From contig JAZRRN010000049.1 in the NCBI GenBank assembly GCA_045650745.1, positions 64,091 through 128,090 on the forward strand: 64,000 nt of DNA, read 5' to 3'. This document shows, piece after piece, positions 18,833 through 28,406 of this stretch; the first letter of the stretch is position 1; each line of letters starts with the position of its first letter. Below the pieces are notes generated by a model. That model was given only the letters and a program-made list of their open reading frames with translations. It was not told the DNA's origin and did no database searches. The stretch is from Candidatus Caccovivens sp. GTDB taxonomy: Bacteria > Bacillota > Clostridia > Christensenellales > UBA1242. The position numbers and the translations under genes were made by a program.

Positions 18833-20407
18833 TTATTGTTTTGTTTGATGCATTGTTGATTTAACTCTTTCAACAAGTTTTTTGTCAACTCTGATTGATC
18901 GGAATGCAGAGCTTGCTGTGCTTCTAAAACTTTTTGTAGCGATGTATGCAGACCAATCAAGCATTTGATCGACCTTTTTGCTTGCAAGAGTGTCGTTGTG
19001 ATATTGATTTTTTGTTTGCAAATACATTGCATGCAAACCTTTTTTGAAAGTATCCAAAGAAATTGGTGTGCTGCGATCGGCATATCTTGCAATGATTTGT
19101 GGTGTTTTTCTTGAATATGTTGGCTCGCTGTCACCTTCGACATTTTTTCGATCGGCAATAAGTGTGTCAAAGCGAGATTGTTTGAATGTGTGATTGTAAA
19201 CAAGGTCTTCCATTTGTTGCAAATCTTTGACAGGATACAAACAATGAGCAAATCCTCTGCCTGTTTTTGTTTTTGCAGTTTTTGCGTCCCAAGTGGCATC
19301 TTCGACATAACTGCCATCAATGCCATATTTTGGATCTCTGATGTGGATAAGGTTGTGGCAGTGTCCACCCTCATAAGTTTTGACAAGTCCTCTCGAATAA
19401 AGATCACAACCTACGATGTCGCATTTGAGATCTGGATCATCAAGCTTGTCGATGATTGCTTTGATGAATGAAGCATAGCCAGAGCAAACAATTTTTTTGT
19501 TTTTTACAATGCCAGGAAGCACACGACATTCTTCCAACGAGCCATCGTTGTATTCGTAGTTGTGTGTGACATAAGCATGAATAAACAACATTTTTTCAAA
19601 AGGTGAATAGTTTGATTTTTGCAAAAACGAAACAATGCTGTCGATTTGATTGTTTGCATCAAGCACATCTTTGATTGACCAAGCGTCTCTAAAATCTGCA
19701 GCTGTTGCGCATTTTGTCAATTCGTTTACTCGGATATATTGTTCCATGCCCATCGAAATCAAACGATTGTTTAAGTCAACAAGCACTTTCATTTCTTCAC
19801 TTGTGTAAAGATAGTCAGCTTGCGAGTCATTTGAGTTTTCAACCATTGCATGATCAACTGTGATGAAAACTTGTTTGCCAGATCTTAAACTCTTTTTTGC
19901 ATATTCTTCAATCAAACCAAGCATAGGAGTGAGAATGTCGTTTTTGTCGATTGCAAGATAAACTTGATTTTCGTGTTCGTTGTGTATGCGATCGAGTTCT
20001 TTGCTGTGACCTGGATCTGGGTGCTCCGGAAATGTGTCAGCAAGTTTTCTTTGAAATTCGCTGGCAGACATAGCCCAATATTGATTGCGAAGCGATTGGC
20101 GATAGGTTTCAAATCCTGTCTTAAACTCTGGCGATGGATTTACGGCGTTTGCAAGCACGAGAAAAGAAGTGTCTGTTTTGACAAACCATTCGATAAGTTG
20201 CCCTTTTTCTTCCTGTGTCATTTGTGTAACAACTTTGACAATAAAAGGATATTTTTCTTGAAGAAGCTTGAGCGATTTTTCATATTCTTCCAATTCTTTT
20301 CTGTAAGCTTTTTCTTCTATTTCCAAATCAAGCTGATAAGATTGTTGCAAAAGCTCGGCAAGGTCGCTTTCAGAAAAGTTTTTCAAATCTTCTGCACGAA
20401 TAACCAT
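18833..20407 (-). CDS. Cytoplasmic transglutaminase-like (Cys-His-Asp) domain protein, paralog 1
   Basis: 524 aa with no signal peptide. Candidate catalytic triad context: KIVCSGYASF, GGHCHNLIHI, SYVEDATWD. Confidence 0.55.
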   Translation of the reverse strand: MVIRAEDLKNFSESDLAELLQQSYQLDLEIEEKAYRKELEEYEKSLKLLQEKYPFIVKVVTQMTQEEKGQLIEWFVKTDTSFLVLANAVNPSPEFKTGFETYRQSLRNQYWAMSASEFQRKLADTFPEHPDPGHSKELDRIHNEHENQVYLAIDKNDILTPMLGLIEEYAKKSLRSGKQVFITVDHAMVENSNDSQADYLYTSEEMKVLVDLNNRLISMGMEQYIRVNELTKCATAADFRDAWSIKDVLDANNQIDSIVSFLQKSNYSPFEKMLFIHAYVTHNYEYNDGSLEECRVLPGIVKNKKIVCSGYASFIKAIIDKLDDPDLKCDIVGCDLYSRGLVKTYEGGHCHNLIHIRDPKYGIDGSYVEDATWDAKTAKTKTGRGFAHCLYPVKDLQQMEDLVYNHTFKQSRFDTLIADRKNVEGDSEPTYSRKTPQIIARYADRSTPISLDTFKKGLHAMYLQTKNQYHNDTLASKKVDQMLDWSAYIATKSFRSTASSAFRSIRVDKKLVERVKSTMHQTKQ

Positions 20408-20495
20408 AAACCCTCCCTATAAAATCATTGTAACACAATCAAAACAAAACTTCAATAACAAAAAAGAAAAACACTCCCAAATGAGAGTGTTTTGT

Positions 20496-22157
20496 TTATT
20501 GCTTTCCACCTTTGTCTGCTTGATTTTGTGTGGCTGCAACTTGTTTTGCGTCTTCGATATATTCTTCTTCGCTTGCAATGTCTTCAAAATCTTCTGGGAA
20601 GTATTCTTCTGCCATTTGTCTTGTCACGCGATAATGTCTGAATGCAGAGTCTGCTTTTGAAGAGAAAACTTCTGCCGATCTCAATGCTGAAATCATGATC
20701 ATTTGTTGTGCTTTAAGCTCAGAGAGTTGAATTGGCAAAGATTCGAGTTCGTTTGTTTTTGAATACATTTCCACAAGTCCGGCACGATAAGTGTCAAGTG
20801 GGATTGATGGGCTTTGTGAAGAGTATTTCAAAACAAGTTCGGAAGGTTTAAATCGGTCAATATAAGATGGTCTTTGATAATCTTGTTTAAGCTTGGCACT
20901 GTCCATGATGGTTATGTCGAAACGAGATTTGTGAAATTTTTGAACATACGCCAACTTTTTCATTCTGTCCAAATCTGCAACAGGAAGCAAACAGTGGGTA
21001 AAGCCACGACTTGCGCTGTCGCCTTCAAGGATTGAGTCTGGTGTTGCGTCTTCGACATAACTGCCTTTGATTGCATATTTTGGGTCATCAATGTGGATAA
21101 GGTTGTGGCAGTGACCACCATCAAAAATCCTTACTAGGCCTTTCTTGTAATATTCGCAACCAATCAAATCGCATTTAAGTCCCGGATAATCCAATCTGTC
21201 GATGACTGCTTTCATGAATGAGGCATAACCAGAGCAGACAATCTTTCCACTTTTGAAGATGCCTGGCAACACGCGACATTCTTCCAACTTGCCATCTTTG
21301 TATTGAAATTTGTGAGTGATGTAGTTGTGGATAAACAACATTGCTTCAAATGGAGAATATTGTTTGTGTTTGATAAATGCAACAACTTCATCAATCTTTT
21401 GATTTGCTGTGACAACATCGTGGATTGACCAACCATCACCAAACTCATCTTTTGAAACAAAACGATTCATTTCGTTGATGTGAACTGGGGTTTTCATTCC
21501 ACGGTCAGCAAGATAGTTGTTTAAGTCAACAAGTCGTTGCAAATCTGTTGTCGAAAACATATAGTCAACAGGTGCATCGTTGTTTTTTTCATACATAGAG
21601 TTGTCAACGGTGATAAAAACTTGTTTGCCTTGTGCGAGAAGTTGCTCGCAAGTCCTTTTCAAATCATCATAGCGTATGCTGTGCAAATCTGCCATGTCAA
21701 GTGAGAAATAATAGTTTGTTTTGAAGTCAGCTTCAATTTCTGCAAGTCGTCTTTGATATTCGATTGCAGGATCAGGTGGAAATGTTGATTTGATTCTTTT
21801 TTGAAGTTCGTCATTTGGGAGAAGATAAAGTTCGTCTTCCAAGTCTTTGCAAAATTGTTGATAGTCAAAATCAGATTGTCTTACTTTTGAAAATTCGCTG
21901 GCAAAACGCATTGGTGCCATTTCGGTGTTGATAACCCAACCAACCAATGCTTGAAGTTGTTTGTCAGACAAAAGTTCGACATCAGTTTCGATAAACGGAA
22001 ACTTTTGTTTGATCATAGCAACTTTTTGTTGGTATCTTCTTGACTCGCCGGCATACCAATTTTTTGCAAGATCCAAATCAAAGTTGTAAGTGTTGAGTCT
22101 CAACTCTTCAATGTCCTCAACAGACAAGTGTTCGAGCTCTTCAGAACGAATAACCAT
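20496..22157 (-). CDS. Cytoplasmic transglutaminase-like domain protein, paralog 2
   Basis: Start MVIRSEELEH. Collinear with paralog 1 along the whole length, by eye roughly half the residues identical. Same KIVCSGYASF, GGHCHNLIHI and SYVEDATPD core. Adds an acidic C-terminal tail. Confidence 0.55.
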   Translation of the reverse strand: MVIRSEELEHLSVEDIEELRLNTYNFDLDLAKNWYAGESRRYQQKVAMIKQKFPFIETDVELLSDKQLQALVGWVINTEMAPMRFASEFSKVRQSDFDYQQFCKDLEDELYLLPNDELQKRIKSTFPPDPAIEYQRRLAEIEADFKTNYYFSLDMADLHSIRYDDLKRTCEQLLAQGKQVFITVDNSMYEKNNDAPVDYMFSTTDLQRLVDLNNYLADRGMKTPVHINEMNRFVSKDEFGDGWSIHDVVTANQKIDEVVAFIKHKQYSPFEAMLFIHNYITHKFQYKDGKLEECRVLPGIFKSGKIVCSGYASFMKAVIDRLDYPGLKCDLIGCEYYKKGLVRIFDGGHCHNLIHIDDPKYAIKGSYVEDATPDSILEGDSASRGFTHCLLPVADLDRMKKLAYVQKFHKSRFDITIMDSAKLKQDYQRPSYIDRFKPSELVLKYSSQSPSIPLDTYRAGLVEMYSKTNELESLPIQLSELKAQQMIMISALRSAEVFSSKADSAFRHYRVTRQMAEEYFPEDFEDIASEEEYIEDAKQVAATQNQADKGGKQ

Positions 22158-22254
22158 AGCAATCCCCTTTATGAAAAGATAATAACACAAAAGAAATCAA
22201 ACTTCAATAGGCAAAAAAAGAAAACTGTCCTAAAAATAGAACAGTTTTTTTGTT

Positions 22255-23619
22255 TTACATCAAAAATGCAAGTGCGAGTTGGCAATAAACAAGCAATGAC
22301 AAAGTGTCAAGGATTGTTGTGATGAATGGACTTGCCATAACTGCTGGGTCAAGTTTGCATTTTTTTGCAATAAGTGGAAGTGTGCAACCTACGATTTTTG
22401 CCATAACAATTGCCAAAAACATTGCAGCAGAAATCACAAGAGCAGAAATCCAATCAACACCAGGTGTGTTGAAGAGAAGTCCATCAATAAGCATAATCTT
22501 TCCAAAACAAACCACTGCAAGAGATGCTCCGAGAAGAAGGCTGAGTCTAAACTCTTTCCACATAACCTTAAACAAATCTCTGAAACTGATTTCGTTTAGC
22601 ACGATGCTTCTGATGATTGTTGCCGACGCTTGACCTCCGGCATTTCCACCAGTGCCCATGATCATAGGCATGCAGGCAGTAAGCAAAATTCCATAGATGC
22701 CTGTGCTGAGAAGAGTTTCGTTTTTGCTGATAATAAGTCCGGTAAATGTTGATGAGACAAGCAACAAAACGAGCCAAGGCACACGGTTGATCCACAACTT
22801 GAATGTGCTTGTTTTGAGATATGGTTTTTCGTTTGGTGTTGTCGCAGCCATTTTTGAGATATCTTCGGTTGTTTCTTCTTCAATAACCCCAATAACGTCA
22901 TCGATAGTTACGATGCCAACAAGTCGTTTTTCGCTGTCAACAATTGGCAAAGCCAAAAAGTCATATTGCTTAAACAAGTTTGAAATTTCTTCTTGGTCAG
23001 TTGATGTTTCTGCAAACACAACATTGTCGTGCATAATCTCGCCGACAGTGGTGTGATCATCTGCAAGCAAAAGTTGTCTGATTGACAAAACCCCTTTCAA
23101 AACCCTTGCGCCATCTGTGACATAAAGAACATTGATGGTTTCTACATCTTCGCCAAGTTTTTTGATGCGTTTGAGACAAGTTTCTTTTGTCATTTGCTCT
23201 TTCAAGTCAATAAATTCGGGTGTCATGATCGAACCTGCTGTGTCTGGTCCATAACCCAAATATTTGTTGATGAGTTGACGAGTTTCTTTTGTTGACGCCT
23301 TCAAAGTTCTTTCAACAATGTTGGCAGGCATTTCAGCCACAAAGTCAACGGCATCGTCAATATACATTTCTTCAACCAAGAAAGACAAATCTTTGTCTGA
23401 CAAGGCATCAACAAGTTTTTTCTGAATGTCACTTTCAATATAACTGAAAACTTCAGCGCCCATATCTTTTGGCAAAAGTTTGAAAACCTTTACCAAATTT
23501 TTCGGGGGATCAACTTGCTCCAGCAAATCGGCGATATCTTGAACATGCATTTCGACAAGCGCTGATTTGACTTCTTTAAATTGATTTGTTTCGATTTGTT
23601 CTAACAATTCTTTATACAT
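22255..23619 (-). CDS. mgtE: Magnesium transporter MgtE
   Basis: Start MYKELLEQ follows RBS AAGGGGGG. Has an MgtE N-domain, tandem CBS region and a C-terminal TM domain containing GTGGNAGGQ. Confidence 0.88.
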   Translation of the reverse strand: MYKELLEQIETNQFKEVKSALVEMHVQDIADLLEQVDPPKNLVKVFKLLPKDMGAEVFSYIESDIQKKLVDALSDKDLSFLVEEMYIDDAVDFVAEMPANIVERTLKASTKETRQLINKYLGYGPDTAGSIMTPEFIDLKEQMTKETCLKRIKKLGEDVETINVLYVTDGARVLKGVLSIRQLLLADDHTTVGEIMHDNVVFAETSTDQEEISNLFKQYDFLALPIVDSEKRLVGIVTIDDVIGVIEEETTEDISKMAATTPNEKPYLKTSTFKLWINRVPWLVLLLVSSTFTGLIISKNETLLSTGIYGILLTACMPMIMGTGGNAGGQASATIIRSIVLNEISFRDLFKVMWKEFRLSLLLGASLAVVCFGKIMLIDGLLFNTPGVDWISALVISAAMFLAIVMAKIVGCTLPLIAKKCKLDPAVMASPFITTILDTLSLLVYCQLALAFLM

Positions 23620-23816
23620 CTTTTCGTCCCCCCTTTTGTTTAAAATTGATAAAAAAAACAAGAAAATGTCCGTGGTTTGGCTTTTCTAGTTTTTTCTATA
23701 ATAACAACCCAATGTCTATATGTCAATCACTTCAAGAAAATTTTTTCAAAAAAAACACCCTTGAAAGATAATTCTTTTTGTGTTAGAATATGTCGGGCAA
23801 TTTGAAAGGATAAAAT

Positions 23817-24806
23817 ATGGAACATAAATATGTAGATATGTTTTTGCAAAGCATAGAAAAATATGATAGAGCAACGACAACCAAAAATGGAAATCAAGCG
23901 ACAATAACTTTTGATGAAAGTTGGCAAAATGTTATGCCACAAATTGTTGTGTCAGACCTTGACAAACTTGAAGTTGCGTTGAGACAATTTTTGCTTGTGA
24001 CAAAAAGTGTGGATATAAAATCAGTCAAATATGATGACAAACACGATGAGAGTTATTTTTTGCATTCGCTTATCAAAAACATTGGAAATGATGATTTTGA
24101 AAATGTGGTTGAAATGGTGAGAAGAAACACAAGATTTTTGTTGGATCAAAGTTTCTGTTGGCTCGACAAAAAACAAGATCTTGGTGTTGTTGATGAAGAC
24201 ATGCATTTGCTTGTTGAAAGAGTGCAAGAATATTATGGTTTTGAAACACCTTTTATGTTGAAATTTTCTGTTGCAAACAGGCACATGACATACGAACTTC
24301 CTCTTATAAGATATGGAGTGGAAGAGAAAAATGGCAAAAAAATTGCTTATGTTTATGCAGTGCAACGCAAGAAAGTTTACAAAAACGGATTTGATCAAAT
24401 CGAGAGATTTGAAAAACAAATCAGAAAGATCAATTCTGGTGTAAAAACAAACAGAGACCTCACACCAAGCATGGTGTTTGTGATGACTGCTTTTTGTGGC
24501 CTTGCAAAAAGAGAAGGGATTGATGAAATCAAAATGCTTGATTTTATGAATAGAAGATACTTCCACTTCAAAAATGTGACAACCGAAGATGAGCAAATGA
24601 CAGTGCAAACTATGACAACCGACAAGTTTTTAAAACTTGGACTTCGAGTTGATGATCAATTTGAAGGGGTTGACATTTGGTCATATCCAAATGATGTGGA
24701 TTGTTATCTCACTTTGAGAATAGGCAAAAACTGCTCTTCAAAAAACAAAATGGCAGAATCTGTTTTTGGCACATGTGCAGGAAAGGAAAAAGTTTTAGAA
24801 AAATAA
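23817..24806 (+). CDS. Hypothetical protein
   Basis: 329-aa ORF followed by a terminator hairpin at 24805-24831. No recognisable motif. Confidence 0.4.
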   Translation: MEHKYVDMFLQSIEKYDRATTTKNGNQATITFDESWQNVMPQIVVSDLDKLEVALRQFLLVTKSVDIKSVKYDDKHDESYFLHSLIKNIGNDDFENVVEMVRRNTRFLLDQSFCWLDKKQDLGVVDEDMHLLVERVQEYYGFETPFMLKFSVANRHMTYELPLIRYGVEEKNGKKIAYVYAVQRKKVYKNGFDQIERFEKQIRKINSGVKTNRDLTPSMVFVMTAFCGLAKREGIDEIKMLDFMNRRYFHFKNVTTEDEQMTVQTMTTDKFLKLGLRVDDQFEGVDIWSYPNDVDCYLTLRIGKNCSSKNKMAESVFGTCAGKEKVLEK

Positions 24807-24829
24807 AAGACCAAAGGTTTGGTCTTTTT

Positions 24830-25381
24830 TTATTTCAATGTTGCTGCAAAATATTTTGCAAGAAGTGCACTGCCTGTGCACATTGTGTGAGTTGACAAAA
24901 ACTCGTCAAGTTGAGAAAGTGGAACTTTGACAATCTCAATAAGTTCGGTTTCGTCCAAATGTTGCGAGCCAGACAAAGAGACTTCTGCGACATACATTTC
25001 GATTGTTTCGTCACTCATGCCAGCGCTTGTGAAACTGCAATCAAGCACTTTTTGGATTGACAAAACTTCGGCACCGGTTTCTTCGGAGAGTTCTCTTTTT
25101 GCTGCTTGCAATCTGTCTTCGTTTGGTTCTACCAAGCCGGCAGGGAGTTCGTAAACAAAACAGTTTGTCACATATCTAAAATTTTTGATAAAAACAATTT
25201 CGTTTGTTTCTTTTATATATGGCAAAACACGGACAGCGTCGCAAACATCTGCTTTTTGCAATGTGTCAGCATTTCGGCGAGAAGCAAAATGATAATCCAA
25301 ATTTTTTTGGCCAACATATTTTGCTGTGTAGAAATTAAGAAATTTTGTGTCTGTTTGTTTTTCAATTTTTTCAAGTTTCAT
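24830..25381 (-). CDS. NUDIX hydrolase (ADP-ribose pyrophosphatase-like)
   Basis: Nudix box: ELPAGLVEPNEDRLQAAKRELSEETGAE. Confidence 0.8.
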   Translation of the reverse strand: MKLEKIEKQTDTKFLNFYTAKYVGQKNLDYHFASRRNADTLQKADVCDAVRVLPYIKETNEIVFIKNFRYVTNCFVYELPAGLVEPNEDRLQAAKRELSEETGAEVLSIQKVLDCSFTSAGMSDETIEMYVAEVSLSGSQHLDETELIEIVKVPLSQLDEFLSTHTMCTGSALLAKYFAATLK

Positions 25382-25455
25382 AAAGCACCTTCCGTAAGAT
25401 AATTATAGCACAATCTCAAATTTTGCGAAAGAAAAACCTTGCAAAAGAGCAAGGT

Positions 25456-26079
25456 TTATTTTCCATCTTTTCCTTTTGTTGAAGATGATGTGAGTCTGAG
25501 TGGAATTTTGTGGTGAAGTTCGCCAAGTTCCTTAACCCAAGACACTGAAGAGTCGTGCACAAAAAACTCTTTGTCTAAATAAGTGCCAACCACTTGCATC
25601 GAACGAGAGTTGTCCAAAAACAGTGCGTTGTCAACATATTTGAGTGCATCAACAATGTGCTTGAATTGATTTTTGAATCTTCCACGAACAATTTCTTCTG
25701 GAATATCGTGTCCACCTTTTGCCACCCTTTGTTTGATGCGTTCGAGCGAAAGGTTGACATCTTGCACCCCGATAAAATTGAGTTGAATTAGAAAACCTGC
25801 TTCCTTTGCGGCTTGAAGAAATTTCAATGTTGTGCCGGTGATGATTGTGGTTTCCCAGTTGAAAGAAACTTTGTTTTCGATGCAATATTTGATTTTGTTG
25901 ATTGCAATTCTGCCAGAGCTTATGACTGAGGTAGGGCTCCATTTTTTGCCGTGTTGGGCAAGGATTTCGTCTGGATTTACTCTTTCGCCAAGGTCAACGC
26001 CAACAAACTTTTTCTCGTATTTATATAAAGTTGTTTTTCCAGCTCCGTTGATGCCGGCAAAGATTGTGAGAATTGGCAT
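25456..26079 (-). CDS. Zeta-toxin-domain / COG4185-type P-loop kinase (putative toxin)
   Basis: Walker A FAGINGAGKTT. Also VNPDEIL, SFNWETT and RVAKGGHDIPEEIVRGRF, which are typical of the family. Confidence 0.65.
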   Translation of the reverse strand: MPILTIFAGINGAGKTTLYKYEKKFVGVDLGERVNPDEILAQHGKKWSPTSVISSGRIAINKIKYCIENKVSFNWETTIITGTTLKFLQAAKEAGFLIQLNFIGVQDVNLSLERIKQRVAKGGHDIPEEIVRGRFKNQFKHIVDALKYVDNALFLDNSRSMQVVGTYLDKEFFVHDSSVSWVKELGELHHKIPLRLTSSSTKGKDGK

Positions 26080-26082
26080 ATT

Positions 26083-26265
26083 TTACAAATCTCCGTTTTT
26101 AATTTTTTTGGCAAAATCGTTTCCGTTTTTGTAGTTTACCAAAAGCATAAACAATTTGTGATCCTTTTTTGGCAACGCTTTCAAACATTCGGCAATCGAT
26201 GCCATCGAAATTGGTCCAGATTGATTGAAGTCCTTAACAAAATTTAACAATTCTTCCCTAGTCAT
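26083..26265 (-). CDS. Small protein immediately upstream of the zeta-like kinase (putative antitoxin)
   Basis: 60-aa ORF whose stop lies 3 nt before the kinase ATG. Assignment rests on position only. Confidence 0.35.
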   Translation of the reverse strand: MTREELLNFVKDFNQSGPISMASIAECLKALPKKDHKLFMLLVNYKNGNDFAKKIKNGDL

Positions 26266-26394
26266 ATTGTTCCCCTTATATAAGGATTATAACACCAAAG
26301 TTTTAGATTTTCAATAGGGTTTGTTTTAGTTTTTTTAAAAGGTTGTAGTTTTTATTGTTTGGCAAAAAAGATTGTTGTGTGATATGATATAAAT

Positions 26395-27045
26395 ATGAAA
26401 AGCAGACCGGCAGAAAAAGAAAATTTGTTTCCAAAAAAATACTTTGAGTGTTTTGCTAAAAATGTGCTTAGCAAAGTTTTGCCATACAAAGTTGTTTTGA
26501 GAGAAGTCAAGTGTGGATCAGACTATCCAGACCTTGTTTCAAATGACGAAACTGTCGGCATCGAAGTTACCCGTGGCATTGATGAAGACATTGGAAAAAG
26601 GCAGAAGCTTGTCCAGCTCAGATATGACAAAGAGCATTTTAGAGAAGAGATCATTGAAGAGGCAGAAAGGTTGGGTATCGAAGATGACTTGGTGCACACA
26701 AAAGATTTTGTATACCTTGGCACAAACACAATGCCAGCAGAAGAAATCACAATCTTGGCAGAGTCAATCTATAAAAAGCTTGAAAGATTGAACGCCCCAC
26801 ATTTCAACCTGTATGAAGAAAACGCTTTGTTTGTTTTTTGCAGTATGCCACAAAAGGATATTGAAAGAGCATTTCATATGATTGATTGGAATTTTTATGG
26901 CATCTCTTTTGACAGAGTGTTTTTGCTTAGCGACAACATTTTTTATGTTTATGATTTTGACAAGATGATGCGCACCGAACTTTCGGCAGAAGTGATCAAA
27001 AAATTGTCAAAGAAAACAAGAAAAGAAATCAAAAACTTGAAATAA
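26395..27045 (+). CDS. Hypothetical protein
   Basis: 216-aa ORF followed by a terminator. No motif securely recognised. Confidence 0.4.
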   Translation: MKSRPAEKENLFPKKYFECFAKNVLSKVLPYKVVLREVKCGSDYPDLVSNDETVGIEVTRGIDEDIGKRQKLVQLRYDKEHFREEIIEEAERLGIEDDLVHTKDFVYLGTNTMPAEEITILAESIYKKLERLNAPHFNLYEENALFVFCSMPQKDIERAFHMIDWNFYGISFDRVFLLSDNIFYVYDFDKMMRTELSAEVIKKLSKKTRKEIKNLK

Positions 27046-27076
27046 AAAGACCGCTCAGTTGAGTGGTCTTTGTTTT

Positions 27077-28300
27077 TTATATACTTACAATGCAATCTCC
27101 TGTCTTGTAGAAAACATTTTCGATTGCAGAGTTTTTGTAGAAGTTGTCAACAAGTGAATATTTTGTTGCACCAACTAATTCGCTAAATTGGATGATTGCA
27201 CCACTTTCAGTGCAGAAGTTTGCAATATGGTTTGAAGTAATGTTGATTTCAGCATCAACACCTTTGATAAATTCGATTGCAAGGCTAGATCCGTTTTTGA
27301 TTGTGTTGCTTCTTATCACAACAACGCCAGAGAAACCTTCTTCTGTGTCACCGTCACCATAAATGCCAACAGCATTGTGAGCAAGGTCGCCGAAATAATT
27401 GTTGTCAACAAGTGCGTTTTCAAAACCTGTAATGCTGATGCCTTGATAGTGTCCATAAACTGAGTTGCCAACAAAGTTGACATCTTGCATATTGGATTTT
27501 TGCTTGCAAGAAAGGTTGACTGCTGCTTTATGTTGATGAGGTGTCAGTGTTAAGAATGTGCAGTTTTCGATTGTCAGGCCGACTACCTTTGAATCTTCAT
27601 AACGATTGTCAACATGGATCAAACCATTTGCCCCAGCAAATTTGAGGTTTTTGAAAGTGATGTTTGAAAGTGAAATGTGAGAAGCGTGTTTGCCTCTTTG
27701 GTCGGCTTGCATATAATCCATGCCTCTGACAGCATCATACACAATGCCACCATTGCAAGATGTTGCATCGAAAGCAAAAGTTTCGCCACTGTTTACAAAA
27801 AATTGGTTGTTGATTGAAGTGCCTTCAACCCCAACAAAAGACACATTTTCGATGTTGCGAGTATAGTGATATCTAAAGTTTGAATCTTTGACAAGTTCGT
27901 TGAGTGCAAGTGCATAATCTTTGTCATAAGTTGTGTCGCTTGTCCAAGCATAGATTCTGGTTGTAGAATCTGATTTTGCTGGTCTCAACTCCAAAATGTT
28001 GTCAAAGTTGTAAGCTCCAAAAACGATTGTCATTCCATTTATATTTGTGTCCAAAACAGATTGAACATTGTCTGGTGTGACAACAATAGAATTTTCTAAA
28101 ACTTTTTTAGGGCCATACTTGTCGCATTGTTGACATTTGTGACTGTAATAAGCAGTGTCCTCTTTTACTGAATATTGAATAGTTTCTGTGTAGTTGTGAA
28201 GGTGTCCTGGTCTGCCCAAGAGTGGAAAAATCAAAGCAGCAAAACCGACGAGCACGCCGAGAAGGACGACAGCAATAATAAGTTTTTTGCTTGTTGTCAT
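27077..28300 (-). CDS. Membrane-anchored right-handed beta-helix repeat protein
   Basis: N-terminal TM anchor (LIIAVVLLGVLVGFAALIF). Repeated N-x-hydrophobic rungs such as NITFKNLKF, IENCTF, NFVGNSVYG, VDNNYF and IRSNTI. Confidence 0.45.
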   Translation of the reverse strand: MTTSKKLIIAVVLLGVLVGFAALIFPLLGRPGHLHNYTETIQYSVKEDTAYYSHKCQQCDKYGPKKVLENSIVVTPDNVQSVLDTNINGMTIVFGAYNFDNILELRPAKSDSTTRIYAWTSDTTYDKDYALALNELVKDSNFRYHYTRNIENVSFVGVEGTSINNQFFVNSGETFAFDATSCNGGIVYDAVRGMDYMQADQRGKHASHISLSNITFKNLKFAGANGLIHVDNRYEDSKVVGLTIENCTFLTLTPHQHKAAVNLSCKQKSNMQDVNFVGNSVYGHYQGISITGFENALVDNNYFGDLAHNAVGIYGDGDTEEGFSGVVVIRSNTIKNGSSLAIEFIKGVDAEINITSNHIANFCTESGAIIQFSELVGATKYSLVDNFYKNSAIENVFYKTGDCIVSI

Positions 28301-28406
28301 ATTTCAATCTCCTTTTATTTATAATAGCAAAAATGAAACTGCAAAGTAAAACATTTTTGCAAACAAGAAAAAATAAAACACATTGTTTTTAAATGTGTTT
28401 TTCATG

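Noticed and set aside
23620-23816. M-box (Mg2+) riboswitch upstream of mgtE
   Set aside because: The leader after the likely promoter is only about 60 nt and lacks the conserved M-box core. It is too short for the roughly 160-nt aptamer.
26395-27045. Possible PD-(D/E)xK nuclease motif (YPDLV...GIEVTR) in the 216-aa orphan protein next to the zeta-like pair
   Set aside because: The motif is incomplete, with no Lys in the ExK position. I cannot support a nuclease call without a profile or structure search.
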